A program made the translations under genes and the position numbers. DNA of 64,000 nt from Vitrella brassicaformis CCMP3155 (lineage: Eukaryota; Protista; Chromerida). The stretch is taken from contig CDMY01000656.1 in assembly GCA_001179505.1 (NCBI GenBank), forward strand, positions 244,471 through 308,470, given 5' to 3'. Below are positions 38,216 through 49,683 of the stretch, in pieces (position 1 is the first letter of the stretch; each line of letters opens with the position of its first letter). The notes under the pieces were generated by a model that did not search any database, was not told the DNA's origin, and saw only the letters and a list, made by a program, of their open reading frames with translations.

Positions 38216-39250
38216 CGTGCGTCTCTTGCTATCTCTTCTGCAGCTCCCTGTCGATCCCCCGTTCGCCCTTTTGCAGCCCTAACAGATTCGGTGATCGTTT
38301 AGACTTCTTGAGGATAGATAGCCTCGATAGCCCTCCCTTGTCGGCAGCAGATTGACCGGCAATAATCAACCATGGCGGACCCGTCGATGCATGGCGTGGT
38401 GCAGTAGATGTCCATACCTTCTGCTGCAGTTTGGCGAGTGCGGCCTTGAGCTCCGCGTTCTCCTCCTGCAGCCGGCTGATTTTGGTCTGCAGACAGACAG
38501 ACAGACAGACAGACAGAACAGACGTGTGGATAACAAACACTAAGTAGGATCGGCGTGTCTGTCGTACACTGACCAGCAGCTTCTTCTGCACGCAACACAC
38601 TGCACACACGCAGACAGGCAGGCAGACAGACAGACAGATGAGTGAGTCGGCGTGCGGTATGTCAGCTGTGCCGCCCACACCCTCTCTGTCGACTGACGTA
38701 CCCACCTTGTTGTTCTTTGCGGCGTCGACGTCCTTAGTGAGCTGCCGGTGCAGCATCTCGCAGTGTTCCTGCCACGCAGTGTTGCGGATGGCGAGGGCCT
38801 TGTACCGCTCGTGCCATTCGGAGCACTGGGCTGCACGTCACACACAGACAGATGTCGCAACCATGATTGCAGTGGGTGCGATGCGCTTCTCGGCTCCTCC
38901 CTGACCATGGAGAAGGTCGCGCTCTTCTTGCAGCTTCACCAACTCCTCACGGCTACAGCTAAGAAGCCCTGCCACACACAGAGATCGCATAATGCCGTTC
39001 AGCGTCATCCCCCCACCCCCCTCACACACAGAGAGGAGCCATGCAGCTCTCTGCCTGTCCCGCCCGCCCCTCTCTGCATCCAATTCACTGCTCTTGAGGC
39101 CAACTTACTATCTGCAAGGCGCGCATCCGCCTCGTTGTCCCTCTCGGCGGCCTCGATGACCTGCTGGAGGCTCAACATAGGGCCCATCATCGTCAGGTCT
39201 CCTTACTTTTCCTTCTGCAGCAGCTCCCTGTCGATCCCCCGTTCGCCTCC
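37450..39250. repeat. Tandem segmental duplication, unit ~0.94-0.98 kb
   Basis: Shared anchors: catggcgtggtgcagtagatgtcc at 37454 and 38390; ctgtcgatcccccgttcgcc at 38248 and 39228. Both introns and exons are duplicated. Confidence 0.9.
38229..39190 (-). CDS. Coiled-coil hypothetical protein, tandem copy B (5'-partial duplicate, probably truncated)
   Basis: MMGPMLSLQQVIEAAERDNEADARLAD/..EWHERYKALAIRNTAWQEHC../TKISRLQEENAELKAALAKLQQK. Homology to copy A stops at ~38390. Confidence 0.5.
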
Positions 39251-39785
39251 CTCCGACCTCACGCTCGCCCTCGTCGGTGGGATTCAACTCTCTTTCAAGC
39301 TGCAAACTGCAGAGGACGCACATCCATGGACAGCAAAGATCTCTGCCGTTCGCCCTCCCGCCTTCAGCCTTCGGTGGCGGAAGTTCTGCCTTCTCGGCTG
39401 TGCGCACCTCGAGAGCTTCGACAGGTCCGCCATGGTTGATGGCGGCCGGTCCCTGGGCCGCCGACAAGGGCTATCTTTCCTATAGAAGTCGCTTCAGCAA
39501 TCTGTCTTAAGGCTGCAATGCCTTCGTGTGCAAGCTTAAGGGCGAACGGGGGATCGACAGGCAGCCAGTGCTCAAGAAGAAAAGGCAAGAGAGGCGACGA
39601 TGCGGCCCTGATTTCCTGCAAAGTGTCCTTAATAAATTCACAGTCTCGAGTTCTCGACGACCCCCAACCCTTGACCCTAAACCCTGCTGACCGCAATTTT
39701 TGGCTGATCGTGGGTTTCTGCGCGATTTGCGTGAGGGTGTGCGGGCGGCCGCGAGGCCACGATGTAGTGCAGATGAAACGGCAAC

Positions 39786-41975
39786 ATGGCTGACGGAGAA
39801 GAAAGTCGCGCATTCTACCCGTCACCCAGCCTCTCCCTGGCACTGCGCGACGACAGTTGCCAGCTGCTGGGGCGCGTTCAGCGACTCGCAGACGCAGCCA
39901 TATCCTTCGACGAGAGAGGCAAGCCGACCACACTACACACACGGCAGGAAGGATCCAGATCCATGAATTCATTGCCTGTGATCTTCTGTGACTGTGGATG
40001 TTGGTGTGCAGAAGGGGTTCTCCACATTTTCGGTAGTGATGCGGCTCAGACCATAGCGGATGGCTACCTCACGCTGCTGGAGCAGCTGCAGCACAGCGAT
40101 GGCTCCATCGACCCAGCCAACTTCCCAGCACTGCTCGACAGCTGCTCGACGATCAGCGTCCCGCACGAAGCCGTTGGCGGTGTGATAGGTCCGGTCCGGT
40201 GCACAGAAGAGGGAGGCGACACATGCACACGTATGGCTGCACGTCTGCGAGTGCTCTGTGTGTGTGCCGTCGGTGTTGCAGGGTATTCTGATGACGAGTG
40301 CGCCAACCTGGAGAGGCTGGGCGGTGTCCATCAGGTGTTGGTGTGCAGGGTCAGACCACAGGAGGAGGCACGGGTGGGCGGCAACCTGGTGGCCATCTAC
40401 GGAGCCACGTGGGCGAATACACATGGACGTCCGTATATGTGGGCTTCTGTGCTGTTCTGTGTGTGTCTGTCTGGTTGTGTGGGTATCAGGGCGAATCGTT
40501 GTGCGTGTGAGCTGCACCTGATGCGGCAGATCGAGTCGATTGTGCCGGGATACTTCTCAGGCCGCTCACGTAACCCATTGCCAGACCCAAACCACATCGC
40601 CATCACCCTCTATGTATCCCCGTGTGCTGCCTCTGTGTGTGTGTGTGTTTGTCATGCCAGCGTTTCGGTTGGGAGGGCGTGAGGGATTCCCAGACAAGTA
40701 CGACGAGCATTATGGTGCGACGGAGGACTTCGGCAAAGACTGGCGGCGGCTCGGCCCCTCACAAAGCCTGGCTGTGGAGCACGCCAAACCGAGCATTGCA
40801 CGGGCGGCGGGCGGAATCATTGAGGTCCACCTTCACACGCACACGCAGACTGCGCCGTCACTCTGTCTGTGTGGTGGGTGGGTGGCTGAGTGCAGGTGTT
40901 GTCGGGGTTAGTGGTGATGGCGGGTGGCCTACTGGCCCGCCTCCGTATGCGAGAGTATCTCAACTTCTGGCTCATGGCGAGAGATCAGCACGACTGGGAT
41001 GGAGATCACATGTACAATAGGTCGGGAGCAGAACACAACACAACACAACACAACACATCCCCAAAACCACGCGCACGCACACATAAGGACTGGGTTGGTG
41101 TGGTGTGGTGTGGTGTGTGCAGGGGCGATGTAGCTGTCGTGTTGGTGCCACCCGGTGTGTCCGCGGCGGACGTGCAGGCCATCAGCAGGGAGGTCGAGAC
41201 AACAGCCGCCGTGCTGTGCCTTCAGGACACGACCACCGCCCAGTAGGCACTCAAGACGTGATCGATACATAACCAGCAGCCAATCCACACATGTGATGTG
41301 TGCATTCCTTTGCAGGGGCGCAGAGGGCCGTGTGTTCGTCCTCAGCCATATCGACAGTGAGCGACAACACGCGGTGAGCCTCTTCCATAGCCGATTCTCA
41401 AACGCCGATGGCGCCTTCGCATTCAGCGACGAGGCATCCAGGTCACGCCACACGCTGGCATCCCTCACATTTGCGGCCTCTTTGTGTGTGTGTGTGTGTG
41501 TGTGTGCAGTCCAGAGTCCCCCGCCGCCGCGCCTTCCGAGTACTACAGCACCGGCAGCGTCGACATTCACCTCGCCCGGCCGACTCTCGAGGTGTGGAGG
41601 GACCAGCCCAAATGGCTCAGACGCGTCGAGAAATCCACGGGGGTCTCCCTGGCCGTCAACAGTAGACCAGCAGCACCGACCAGACAGACAGACAGACAAC
41701 AGGAAGACCACACCCCACACGAGGAAAGGTGTGTGTGTCTGTGTGTGTGGGGCTGGGGTATATGTAGGTGTGGAGTCGTACATTCGTGCGACCGGCAGCC
41801 CGGCTCAGCTCAAGAGGGCGGAGGGGTTCATCAAGCTGGGCATCCCCTCCCTGACGGTTCGCAAGACCGTTCACCTGCGCGAGATCCCCGCGCTCAACGA
41901 CGTCCGCACCACGCTCACCATTCCCATGGAGTTTCAGAAATACGTCATCGGAGGTACGCCCAGACATACACACAG

Positions 41976-42006
<31 letters not shown>

Positions 42007-42039
42007 AAGCCGTGGTGTGCTCAGCTGGAGGCGTCCTTC

Positions 42040-42076
<37 letters not shown>

Positions 42077-44687
42077 TGTGTGGATGTGTGCAGATTTCCA
42101 CAACTTTCGGGAGGGTTTGAGGATAATGGACACATACGACTGCTGGGTGCTGCCCGTCACGCAAAGCAAGAAGGCCACCTTCGCCAGGGAGCAGAGCGAC
42201 CCCCAACGCACCAGACAAATCGCCATATTCGGCACTCAGTGAGCACCTACCTACCCATGACACACAACACAAAGCCCACACATACGTGCTGCGCATCTGT
42301 GTGTGGGTGTGGGTGTGTGCAGGCGAGCTCGTGAGGGCGCCAAGCTGCAGATAATGAGGATCATTGAGAGCCATTGCGAGGGGTATTTCACCAGCAGTAC
42401 GTGCCACCCATCAATCACATCACACCGCTCCACCACGCACACGATTTGTTTTCTCTCTGTATCTCTCTCTGTGTGTGTGTGTACGTGTGTGTGTGTACGT
42501 GTCTTGTTTGTCGCTGATCAGGTTTGCCGCACCTCTACCAGCATGACGCCACTGACGGCTTCGCCATCGACACACTCAGACTCACCCCAGAGTGAGTCGA
42601 TGGCATGACCCGCCACACACGACACAACACAACACATGACTGTCCCTATGTGTCGGTGTGTGTCAGCATCAAATCGTACCTCCTGAGCCGCGGCAGGACG
42701 GCTGAGCGCATCAGCCGGGCGGCGGGCGGCATCTTCCAGATCGTGAGCAGCCACGCCTTCCTGGCGGGCACCCGGCGCGAGCGGCAGCTGATGCACGAGT
42801 ACCTCCAGATACAAATGGCCATGAAGCGGCATGCCAACATCCGACAGCAATTCAATGTCGACACACGGTGAGTAGTGCTCTTGTCTTGTGAGGCTGGGGG
42901 CGGAGTATCATCTGGCAGATGTGCCTGTGTGGGTGTGGGTGTGGGTGTGCAGGGACGATGTGACTGTGGTGCCTTGGGGGGAGGGCGGGCGGGGCGGCGG
43001 TGACCCCATTGCACTCTGTCAGAAGGTAGCCGACAAGAGCAAGACTTTCTGTGCCGTAGGGGATGCCTGGTACGCCCGCCCCTCAATAATCAGCCACACA
43101 CCATCCCCCACTCACTTAGTCGTTGTGTGTCGTTTTTTCAGCATGATGGTGTTTGGTGCTGACGCCGCGGAACGGGGCCGTGCTGTGGCCATTCTGGAGG
43201 ATCGGGTGCCCGAAGACCCACCTGCTGACGCACAAGACACCAGCGGCAATGGTCATGGTGTTGAGGATGGCGGACCCTCACGTGCACCCAAGGCACCCGC
43301 ACGATTCCCGGGGTAAGCACGTGCGGCGACAACAGCACGGCTGTCTTTGTGCATTCCTGTCCGCTCTATTGTGTTGTGTGCAGCCCGACACAGCAGCAGC
43401 AGCAGCAGCAGCGGCAGCAGCAGCAGCAGCGGCAGCAGCAGCAGCGTGACCATAACGATTGGGGTGCGGGCAGCAGTAGTGCCACGGGTGTGGGCGGCGG
43501 CGGCGGCGGTGGTGGTGGTATGAATGGTGGGAATGGTGGGAATGGCGGGCGCGTGTGGGAGGGACAAGACGACGTGGGGCAACAACAGGTGGGGCAGGGT
43601 GATCCTTCGCCGCAACACGACACATACGGCGGCGGATGGAAGGGTGTTGCGATGCGTATGCGTGTGCGTTCATCGTTGCACACCACACAGGATGGTGGTG
43701 GTGGCCACTACCTCCCCCCGTGGCCGACGAGCCTCCCAGGCAGACAGGACCAAGTCAGACAGGGACACCGTGTCGCACAGGTGAGGCAGGCAGGCAGAGA
43801 GGCAGCCAGGCAGGCAGGCACATACATGATTTGGTGGCCTCTTATCCTATATCCTCGTCTGTGTGTGACGTGACAGGATGACTATTATGATGCTGACGAT
43901 AGCGACGAGTCTCCCCCGCCGGCGTGTCCCCCTGCCTATCGCGGCCGCCGTCCCGACCTGCCGCCACCCATGCCATCGCCATCGCCAGCACCACCAGCAC
44001 CAGCACCACAGCCACAGCCACAGCCACAGCAACAGCCGCGGGACAACCACAGGCATGGACACACACGTGTCCTGCATTGGAGGGAGGGAGGGAGGAAGCT
44101 GTGACATGGAGTGAGTGTGCTTTGTGTATGTGACGTCAGGGTGCGTGAGTTGGAGGCAGCGTTGCGTCGTGCGAAAGATGAGTTGGCGGCAAAGCGGCAG
44201 CAGCACCATGAACTCGCGGACAGGTGCGTACAAGCCAAAGAGATGGACGTTGCTCATATGGACGTGTGTGTGTTGTGTGTGTGTGTGTGTGTGTGTGGTG
44301 CAGCGTTGCGAGGCTGGAAGCCGACACTCGTCGCAAGATCAGCCGGGCGGAGGAGGCCAGGGCCCTCCAGGCCCGACTCAACAACATGGCCCGCAACCTC
44401 GACATCACCAACCCACTCAAGTAAACCATTCACCCCGCACCACCCCACACCACCCCAGACACAGCCATTCTCCCTCTCCCTCTCTTTCGCTCAGCTACAC
44501 TCGGGCCCATGTGCAAAACGCCTGCACGATCACCGAGCTGCATGACCTGAACGACGAGCTCAAGGCGGCTATCGAGACGGCTGACCGGCGGATCGATGCG
44601 GCTGAGACGGCGGCCAACGGCTGGCGGGATGAGCGCCATCGGCTGGACGGACTCCTGCGCACCATCACACAGCGACTGGATGACTGA
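39786..44687 (+). CDS. Multi-KH-domain RNA-binding protein with Gln/Gly-rich low-complexity region and C-terminal coiled coil
   Basis: KH-like segments ISVPHEAVGGVIG, LTIPMEFQKYVIG, KPSIARAAGGIIE and ERISRAAGGIFQI; poly-Q/poly-G exon at ~43385-43560; terminal heptads ..RLDGLLRTITQRLDD*. Confidence 0.75.
43391..43444 (+). repeat. (CAG)n coding microsatellite (poly-Gln) followed by GGC/GGT poly-Gly
   Basis: cagcagcagcagcagcagcagcggcagcagcagcagcagcggcagcagcagcag read directly. Confidence 0.9.
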
Positions 44688-45348
44688 ATGGGGTCAACTG
44701 ACGCACAAAGACACTGAGAGGGGGGAGATAGATATGGGGGCGGGAGTCAGGGAGTTGCGCCAGATTGCGTCTCGCTCGGCTGTGTCCTTTCTTGCCGTCA
44801 GTCACGCCCATCCCACTATTTGACGCTGCCGCTCTCAAATAGTGGGATGGGTCCCACAGACGGACAGAGAGGAAGGCCCTTGCGTGGCGTGGGTGAGTGG
44901 ATGGAGGTTGCGTGTACACACATACATACATTCATATGGCTTGGACAAACTGATTCATTATGATGGCCATGATGATGGCAGATCAACTGCAGAGCCGAAA
45001 GAATGTTGTTTCCGAATTGATGTGTTAAGCCATCCAGGTGAAGTCACATTCGCCCGTCATTCATTGTACAGGTTCGGTTCGTCCCCCTCTCGTCGCAGCT
45101 GTACTGTGTGGACACTGAAAAACAGAGAGCCTGCAGCCAGCCTCCACAGTAGTGGATGGCCCGTCTAGCAAGCCAACAGCTGCTGACAAAACCGATTGCC
45201 ACATGGTGACTAGAGAACACTCAGTACAGCTATGCACGGTGATGAATGCTTACATACTTACACACCCTCTCCCCCCCTCCCGCCATCCCTCCCTCCCTCC
45301 TTCCCTCCCTCCCTCCCCCACCCGCCCCCCTCTGTGTGTGGTATGTCG

Positions 45349-47031
45349 TCATGTGAGGCTGACAGCAGGCCCGGCACCCGTCGCTCGTCTGTGGTCGTCG
45401 TCGTCATCATCCTCCGGTAGCTCTGTGTACTCCTCTATCGGCCCCTGTGATGGTGTCCCATTACGCGCCTGCACCTGCATCTGCTGTGATTGTGTCTGTG
45501 GGGGCGGCAGGGATGCTCGCGCGTTGGTCCTCTTCTGTTGCTGTTGCTGTTGGTGCCGCTGCTGGTCCGGCGGGAGGGCGGGTGGTGTGGGTGGTGGCTT
45601 GATGGTGCCGAAGAGCTGCATCGTGGCCTTGAATATCTTCTGGCTGCCCCTTATGGCCGGCAGCTGCAACCCCAGGATGAGAAACAGCTTCACGCGGTAC
45701 TTGAGGGGCAGCCGCCATGACGACTCGAACAGCCCGTCGATGAGCGCATATGCCACCCAGTACTCCAGCCACCGTGTTTGGGCGCTGTACGTCTGCCCCT
45801 CTAGGATGGACAGGGTGCGGTAGATGGGGTACAGGGTGCCCAGGATGAGGCAGCCGTAGTAGATGAGTGGGTAGACCGTCCAGAAGAAGATGAAGGCCAG
45901 GAAGAGCTGCACCCACCCCGTGCGGACCACCTCGACCGCCCAGCTGATCTGCAGCGGCACCAGCATCCGCAGACCCGACGCCATGAAGTCGCCCACATTG
46001 TCAAACAACACCTCAGCAGGGCTCGGCCCGCCCCCGCCCGACCCGCCCCTTATCCGTACAAACGTGTCAATGGTCAGGGTGAGCGCCTTGGCGATCGACC
46101 GCAGCAGCAGGTGGTCGTTGAAGAGCACCGATATCAGCAGCACCAGATGGAAGACGATCTCCACGTCCTGCCACACCGTCATGCGGTCCACCAGACGCCC
46201 CACAAAGGGAATCGTCTCCACCAGCAATATCGACCGGGATACCGCCCAAAACACCAGCGCATAGTAGATGTCCCGAGAGCTGGGCGCCGTGGCGGGGGCA
46301 GTGGATGTTGCTGCCTTGTTGAGCCTGGCAGGCGTGCTCATGCGGCCTCTCAGGATGCCCAGCGGCGATGACTGTGGTGATCTCTGAGGGGCTGGAGTGG
46401 TTGGGGCCGGGGGCGCTCTCAGGAGCGCCTGTGTCGACAGCACGGCCGGCATAAGCACTGTGGCGAGCAGCGATGCGGCCGGGCGGATGTAGACGAGTGA
46501 TTGTGGCGGCAGACCGAACCGCAGCAGCATCCAGAACAGCAGGCAGGTGATATAGGGCGCCATAGTGATGAGCAGGTGCAGCAGCCGCTGGACGAAGCCC
46601 CGCCGCCAGCAGTAGAAGAAGACGGCCGTCACGCCCATCGCGAGAAAGGTCATGTTGCGCGTGCGCGGGTCCATCTCCCTGAAGGTGAGGACGATTCGCG
46701 TGACGAGCGGCTGTATGTAGGGGTACACCCATCTGGCGAAGTAGAAGACCACCTTAAGCAGCGACAGCAGTGCCGTCCAGATGGCGGCGAGCGCCTCGGC
46801 GCCCTCTCTGAAGGCCACTTGTATGTTGAACCACAGCTCGTGGACGGCATCTTGGAATAGCAGCGGTGTGAAGCCCGCGTCATCCGGGAAGGGGAAGAAG
46901 GACACGGTGTCGACGAGAGGGATATCGGCGTCCTTGTGCATCAGCCCGCCTGCGTTCAAGTCGTCCATGTCGGGAGCCTCAGGCGCAGCAGCATCGGAAG
47001 AAGGGAAGTCGGTTGTGAAAGCCTCCTCCAT
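45349..47031 (-). CDS. HVA22/REEP (TB2/DP1)-domain multi-pass membrane protein, apparently intronless (~560 aa)
   Basis: Uninterrupted ORF from MEEAFTTDF. The C-terminal GCLILGTLYPIYRTLSIL..TRWLEYWVAYALIDGLFE..YRVKLFLILGLQLP matches the TB2/DP1/HVA22 pattern; several upstream TM segments. Confidence 0.8.
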   Translation of the reverse strand: MEEAFTTDFPSSDAAAPEAPDMDDLNAGGLMHKDADIPLVDTVSFFPFPDDAGFTPLLFQDAVHELWFNIQVAFREGAEALAAIWTALLSLLKVVFYFARWVYPYIQPLVTRIVLTFREMDPRTRNMTFLAMGVTAVFFYCWRRGFVQRLLHLLITMAPYITCLLFWMLLRFGLPPQSLVYIRPAASLLATVLMPAVLSTQALLRAPPAPTTPAPQRSPQSSPLGILRGRMSTPARLNKAATSTAPATAPSSRDIYYALVFWAVSRSILLVETIPFVGRLVDRMTVWQDVEIVFHLVLLISVLFNDHLLLRSIAKALTLTIDTFVRIRGGSGGGGPSPAEVLFDNVGDFMASGLRMLVPLQISWAVEVVRTGWVQLFLAFIFFWTVYPLIYYGCLILGTLYPIYRTLSILEGQTYSAQTRWLEYWVAYALIDGLFESSWRLPLKYRVKLFLILGLQLPAIRGSQKIFKATMQLFGTIKPPPTPPALPPDQQRHQQQQQQKRTNARASLPPPQTQSQQMQVQARNGTPSQGPIEEYTELPEDDDDDDHRRATGAGPAVSLT

Positions 47032-47219
47032 GGTAAGGTGTAGATGTCGGCCTATGGCGTTGTTGACTTTGCTTTCCTTTCGCCGATTTTCCTCTTCTTC
47101 GCAATCTAAGCTCGCAGACGATCGGGAGGGAAAAAAGGAAAGGGAGTTGAAGGGAGTTGAAGCAACAGTGAGATCCCCATCGCTCAGTGACAACAGCAGA
47201 AGCGTCAGAGGAGGACAGG

Positions 47220-49379
47220 ATGGGTACCCACACCGAAAACACGCACTCCCCCATGACTCCATGAGTTTGAAGAGTGGCCCTCTCTGTGTGGTTGCAGACG
47301 GAAACCAAGGGCAGGAGGAGTGGGCGGCAGGTGTGCTCACGGAGGAGGAGAGGACACATGAATTCTCTGTTCTGTGGTGTCTCTTTCTCTCTCCCTCCCC
47401 TCATCATCAGAGCCACCACATGGCTTCATGCCCTCCGACGAGCTCCGAACGGCCCTTTGGGCCTACATTCATGGGGGAGAGCTGCAAGACACGGGACATG
47501 CCGACCGACTGGCGGCCGAGAGAGAGAGGCGGGAGAGGGAGGAGCAGCGACAAGAAGGTGGGAATTGACGGCTGTGTTGAAACCATGGTCCCGCTGATGC
47601 TTTCTGACGGCATGCCCTCTTCCATGCAGCTGATTCGCTGGCAGCCGACGGAGCTGCCCTTGACGGAGAAGCAGCAAGCAGACAGGGGGAGCACGGCCAC
47701 GAGATGGCACAAGAGGAAGGTCTGCAAGTGAAACACCGCGAGAACACAGGCGGGGATGGCATCCATCGGCCGCTGTATGCAGGAGAAAGAGCTGCAGACG
47801 TGGGACTAGAGGAGGGAGGGGAGGGCGAGCGCGATAACGAAGAGGACAAACGAGAGGCAGGTACGTCTAAGTATCATGTTATTAAGGCATCCACGACTGC
47901 TATCCATGCCGCCTGCCTTTCTTTCTGTCGGCCAGCAGATGAGCAGGATGAGCAGGGAGCAGGGGTGAGGGAGGTGGTAGAGGGAGATCAGCGACAGACA
48001 GGTAAGGATGACTCGCAAACAGGAACACATAGACGCTATGCGTAGAGCTTGAAAGTGTGTCTCTGTGGCATCCTCAGCTGAGGAAGGGGAGCATGAAAAA
48101 GTAAACACAGGAGAGACAGGGACTCGTTCGATAGACAAGCCACGTACGTATCAAACAGGCCACGAACGTATGCATGCTGCTGGTATCCCTTAATTGCATG
48201 CACTCTTCCGTGCAGGTGGTGCCAGGAGACGATCGAGCTGCGTTTGACGGAGCAGCAGGGAGGAGAGGAGAGGACAACGGTAACGGCGACGCAGGAGACG
48301 GAGGACTGACAACACCCTTGCATGAACCAAAAACTCCTGCGCCACAAGTGTGCATGGCACTTCTCGCAGATAGAGAGGCAGACAACACCAACGAGGCCGA
48401 GCTCGAGACGGATACCCAGGGGGGAGATCGTGCACAGGAAGACCAGCAGCAGAACACTGATGAGCAGCATGTGGAAGACCAGCAGGGTAGGTGAGGGACG
48501 GCGCCCTCCTCCCCCGCAGGCACAGACAGGTATGCACCCTCCCCATCTCTTCCGTGCGGCAGGCGAGAGCAAAGAGGGCGAGACAGGCAGCAAGGGAGGC
48601 GGTGGACAGGCCAGCCCAGGCGACGAGAACCAGATAGAGAGCACTGACCAGCACTTGGAGCAGCATGTGACTGGTCAGCAGGGCGGGGCGCTGGATACAC
48701 CAACACCCAGCGGCATAGACATTGATTGATACTCAGTTCCCTCCTCCCTCGTGCTGGTGTCTCTCCGTGTTGGCAGGGTCCCTCGGCGGACAGCAGCCGG
48801 CGCCTACAACACGTGTTGCCCCTGCAGTGATCTCGCACCAGTACTATGCCCACCCGATTCCCCGCGCAGGACCTCACTTAACCATGATTCCCGTAGGCTG
48901 CTGCACTGCAGTCACATGGACCTATCTATCCATTACTGTGCTGTTGTCTGGTCTGCATGATGCAGCTCCAGCACGTTGTGGGTTTCCCTCCTCCCCCATA
49001 TGTGGTCGGCGGCCGTCCTGTCTTTCCTCTGGTCCACAAGAAGCCGTTCCACCACTATCGTCTGGTCGGTCTGTGCAAAAGGAAAGACCCACACACGCAG
49101 GCAGAGTTGTTGGCCGGTTACGTGTTTTGCTTGTATTATCTATCCACAGGCTGTCGGCCAGACGGGCACCATCCCGACGTACGCGGGCGTCACACAGCCG
49201 GCCATTCCCAGACGTACGTGGGTGGCCACACATGCACACGCAATCATTGTGCAATCAATGCTTGCCTGTCTGTCTGTCTGTCTGGCTGTCTGTCTGGCTG
49301 TCTGTCTGTCTGTCTGTCTGCTCTCTTCATCCCTGCAGGCAAGTCGACAAAGAAAAGCTGCGGCTGCTCTCTGTGGTGA
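47220..49379 (+). CDS. Acidic low-complexity hypothetical protein with basic/Cys-rich C-terminus
   Basis: Phase-consistent splicing from M/DGNQGQEEWAA/EPPHGFMPSDEL../ADSLAADG.. to ..PAIPR/RKSTKKSCGCSLW*. Several middle junctions were not individually verified. Confidence 0.55.
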
Positions 49380-49683
49380 TGTGTGGTGCGGTCGGTGTGC
49401 CACACTCTTTCTGCCCGGTGATCCATATGTACTTTGGATTGGGAGCACTGGCGTGTAGTGAGTGAGCTTGAGCCTTTGGACACTGAAGCATAGGATAGAT
49501 AGGTTGTGGGCGATATACAATAGGTGGGTGCTGTGGCGTTGTTATTTTTGACGTACACATACATCAGGCAGCCCCCGTCCGTCCGCCAATCTGTACAGCT
49601 ACTCCGTCAGGCATCGACACTCGTACACACACACACACACTCACACACATGCAGCTATGCTGTGCAGCACACGAACGCGTCAG

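Noticed and set aside
39675-39685. Telomere-like CCCTAAACCCT
   Set aside because: One and a half units only, expected by chance, with no array.
18265-47731. Long antisense ORFs such as 18265-19254, 46781-47731 and 35089-35505
   Set aside because: These are shadow frames of GC-rich coding exons on the opposite strand.
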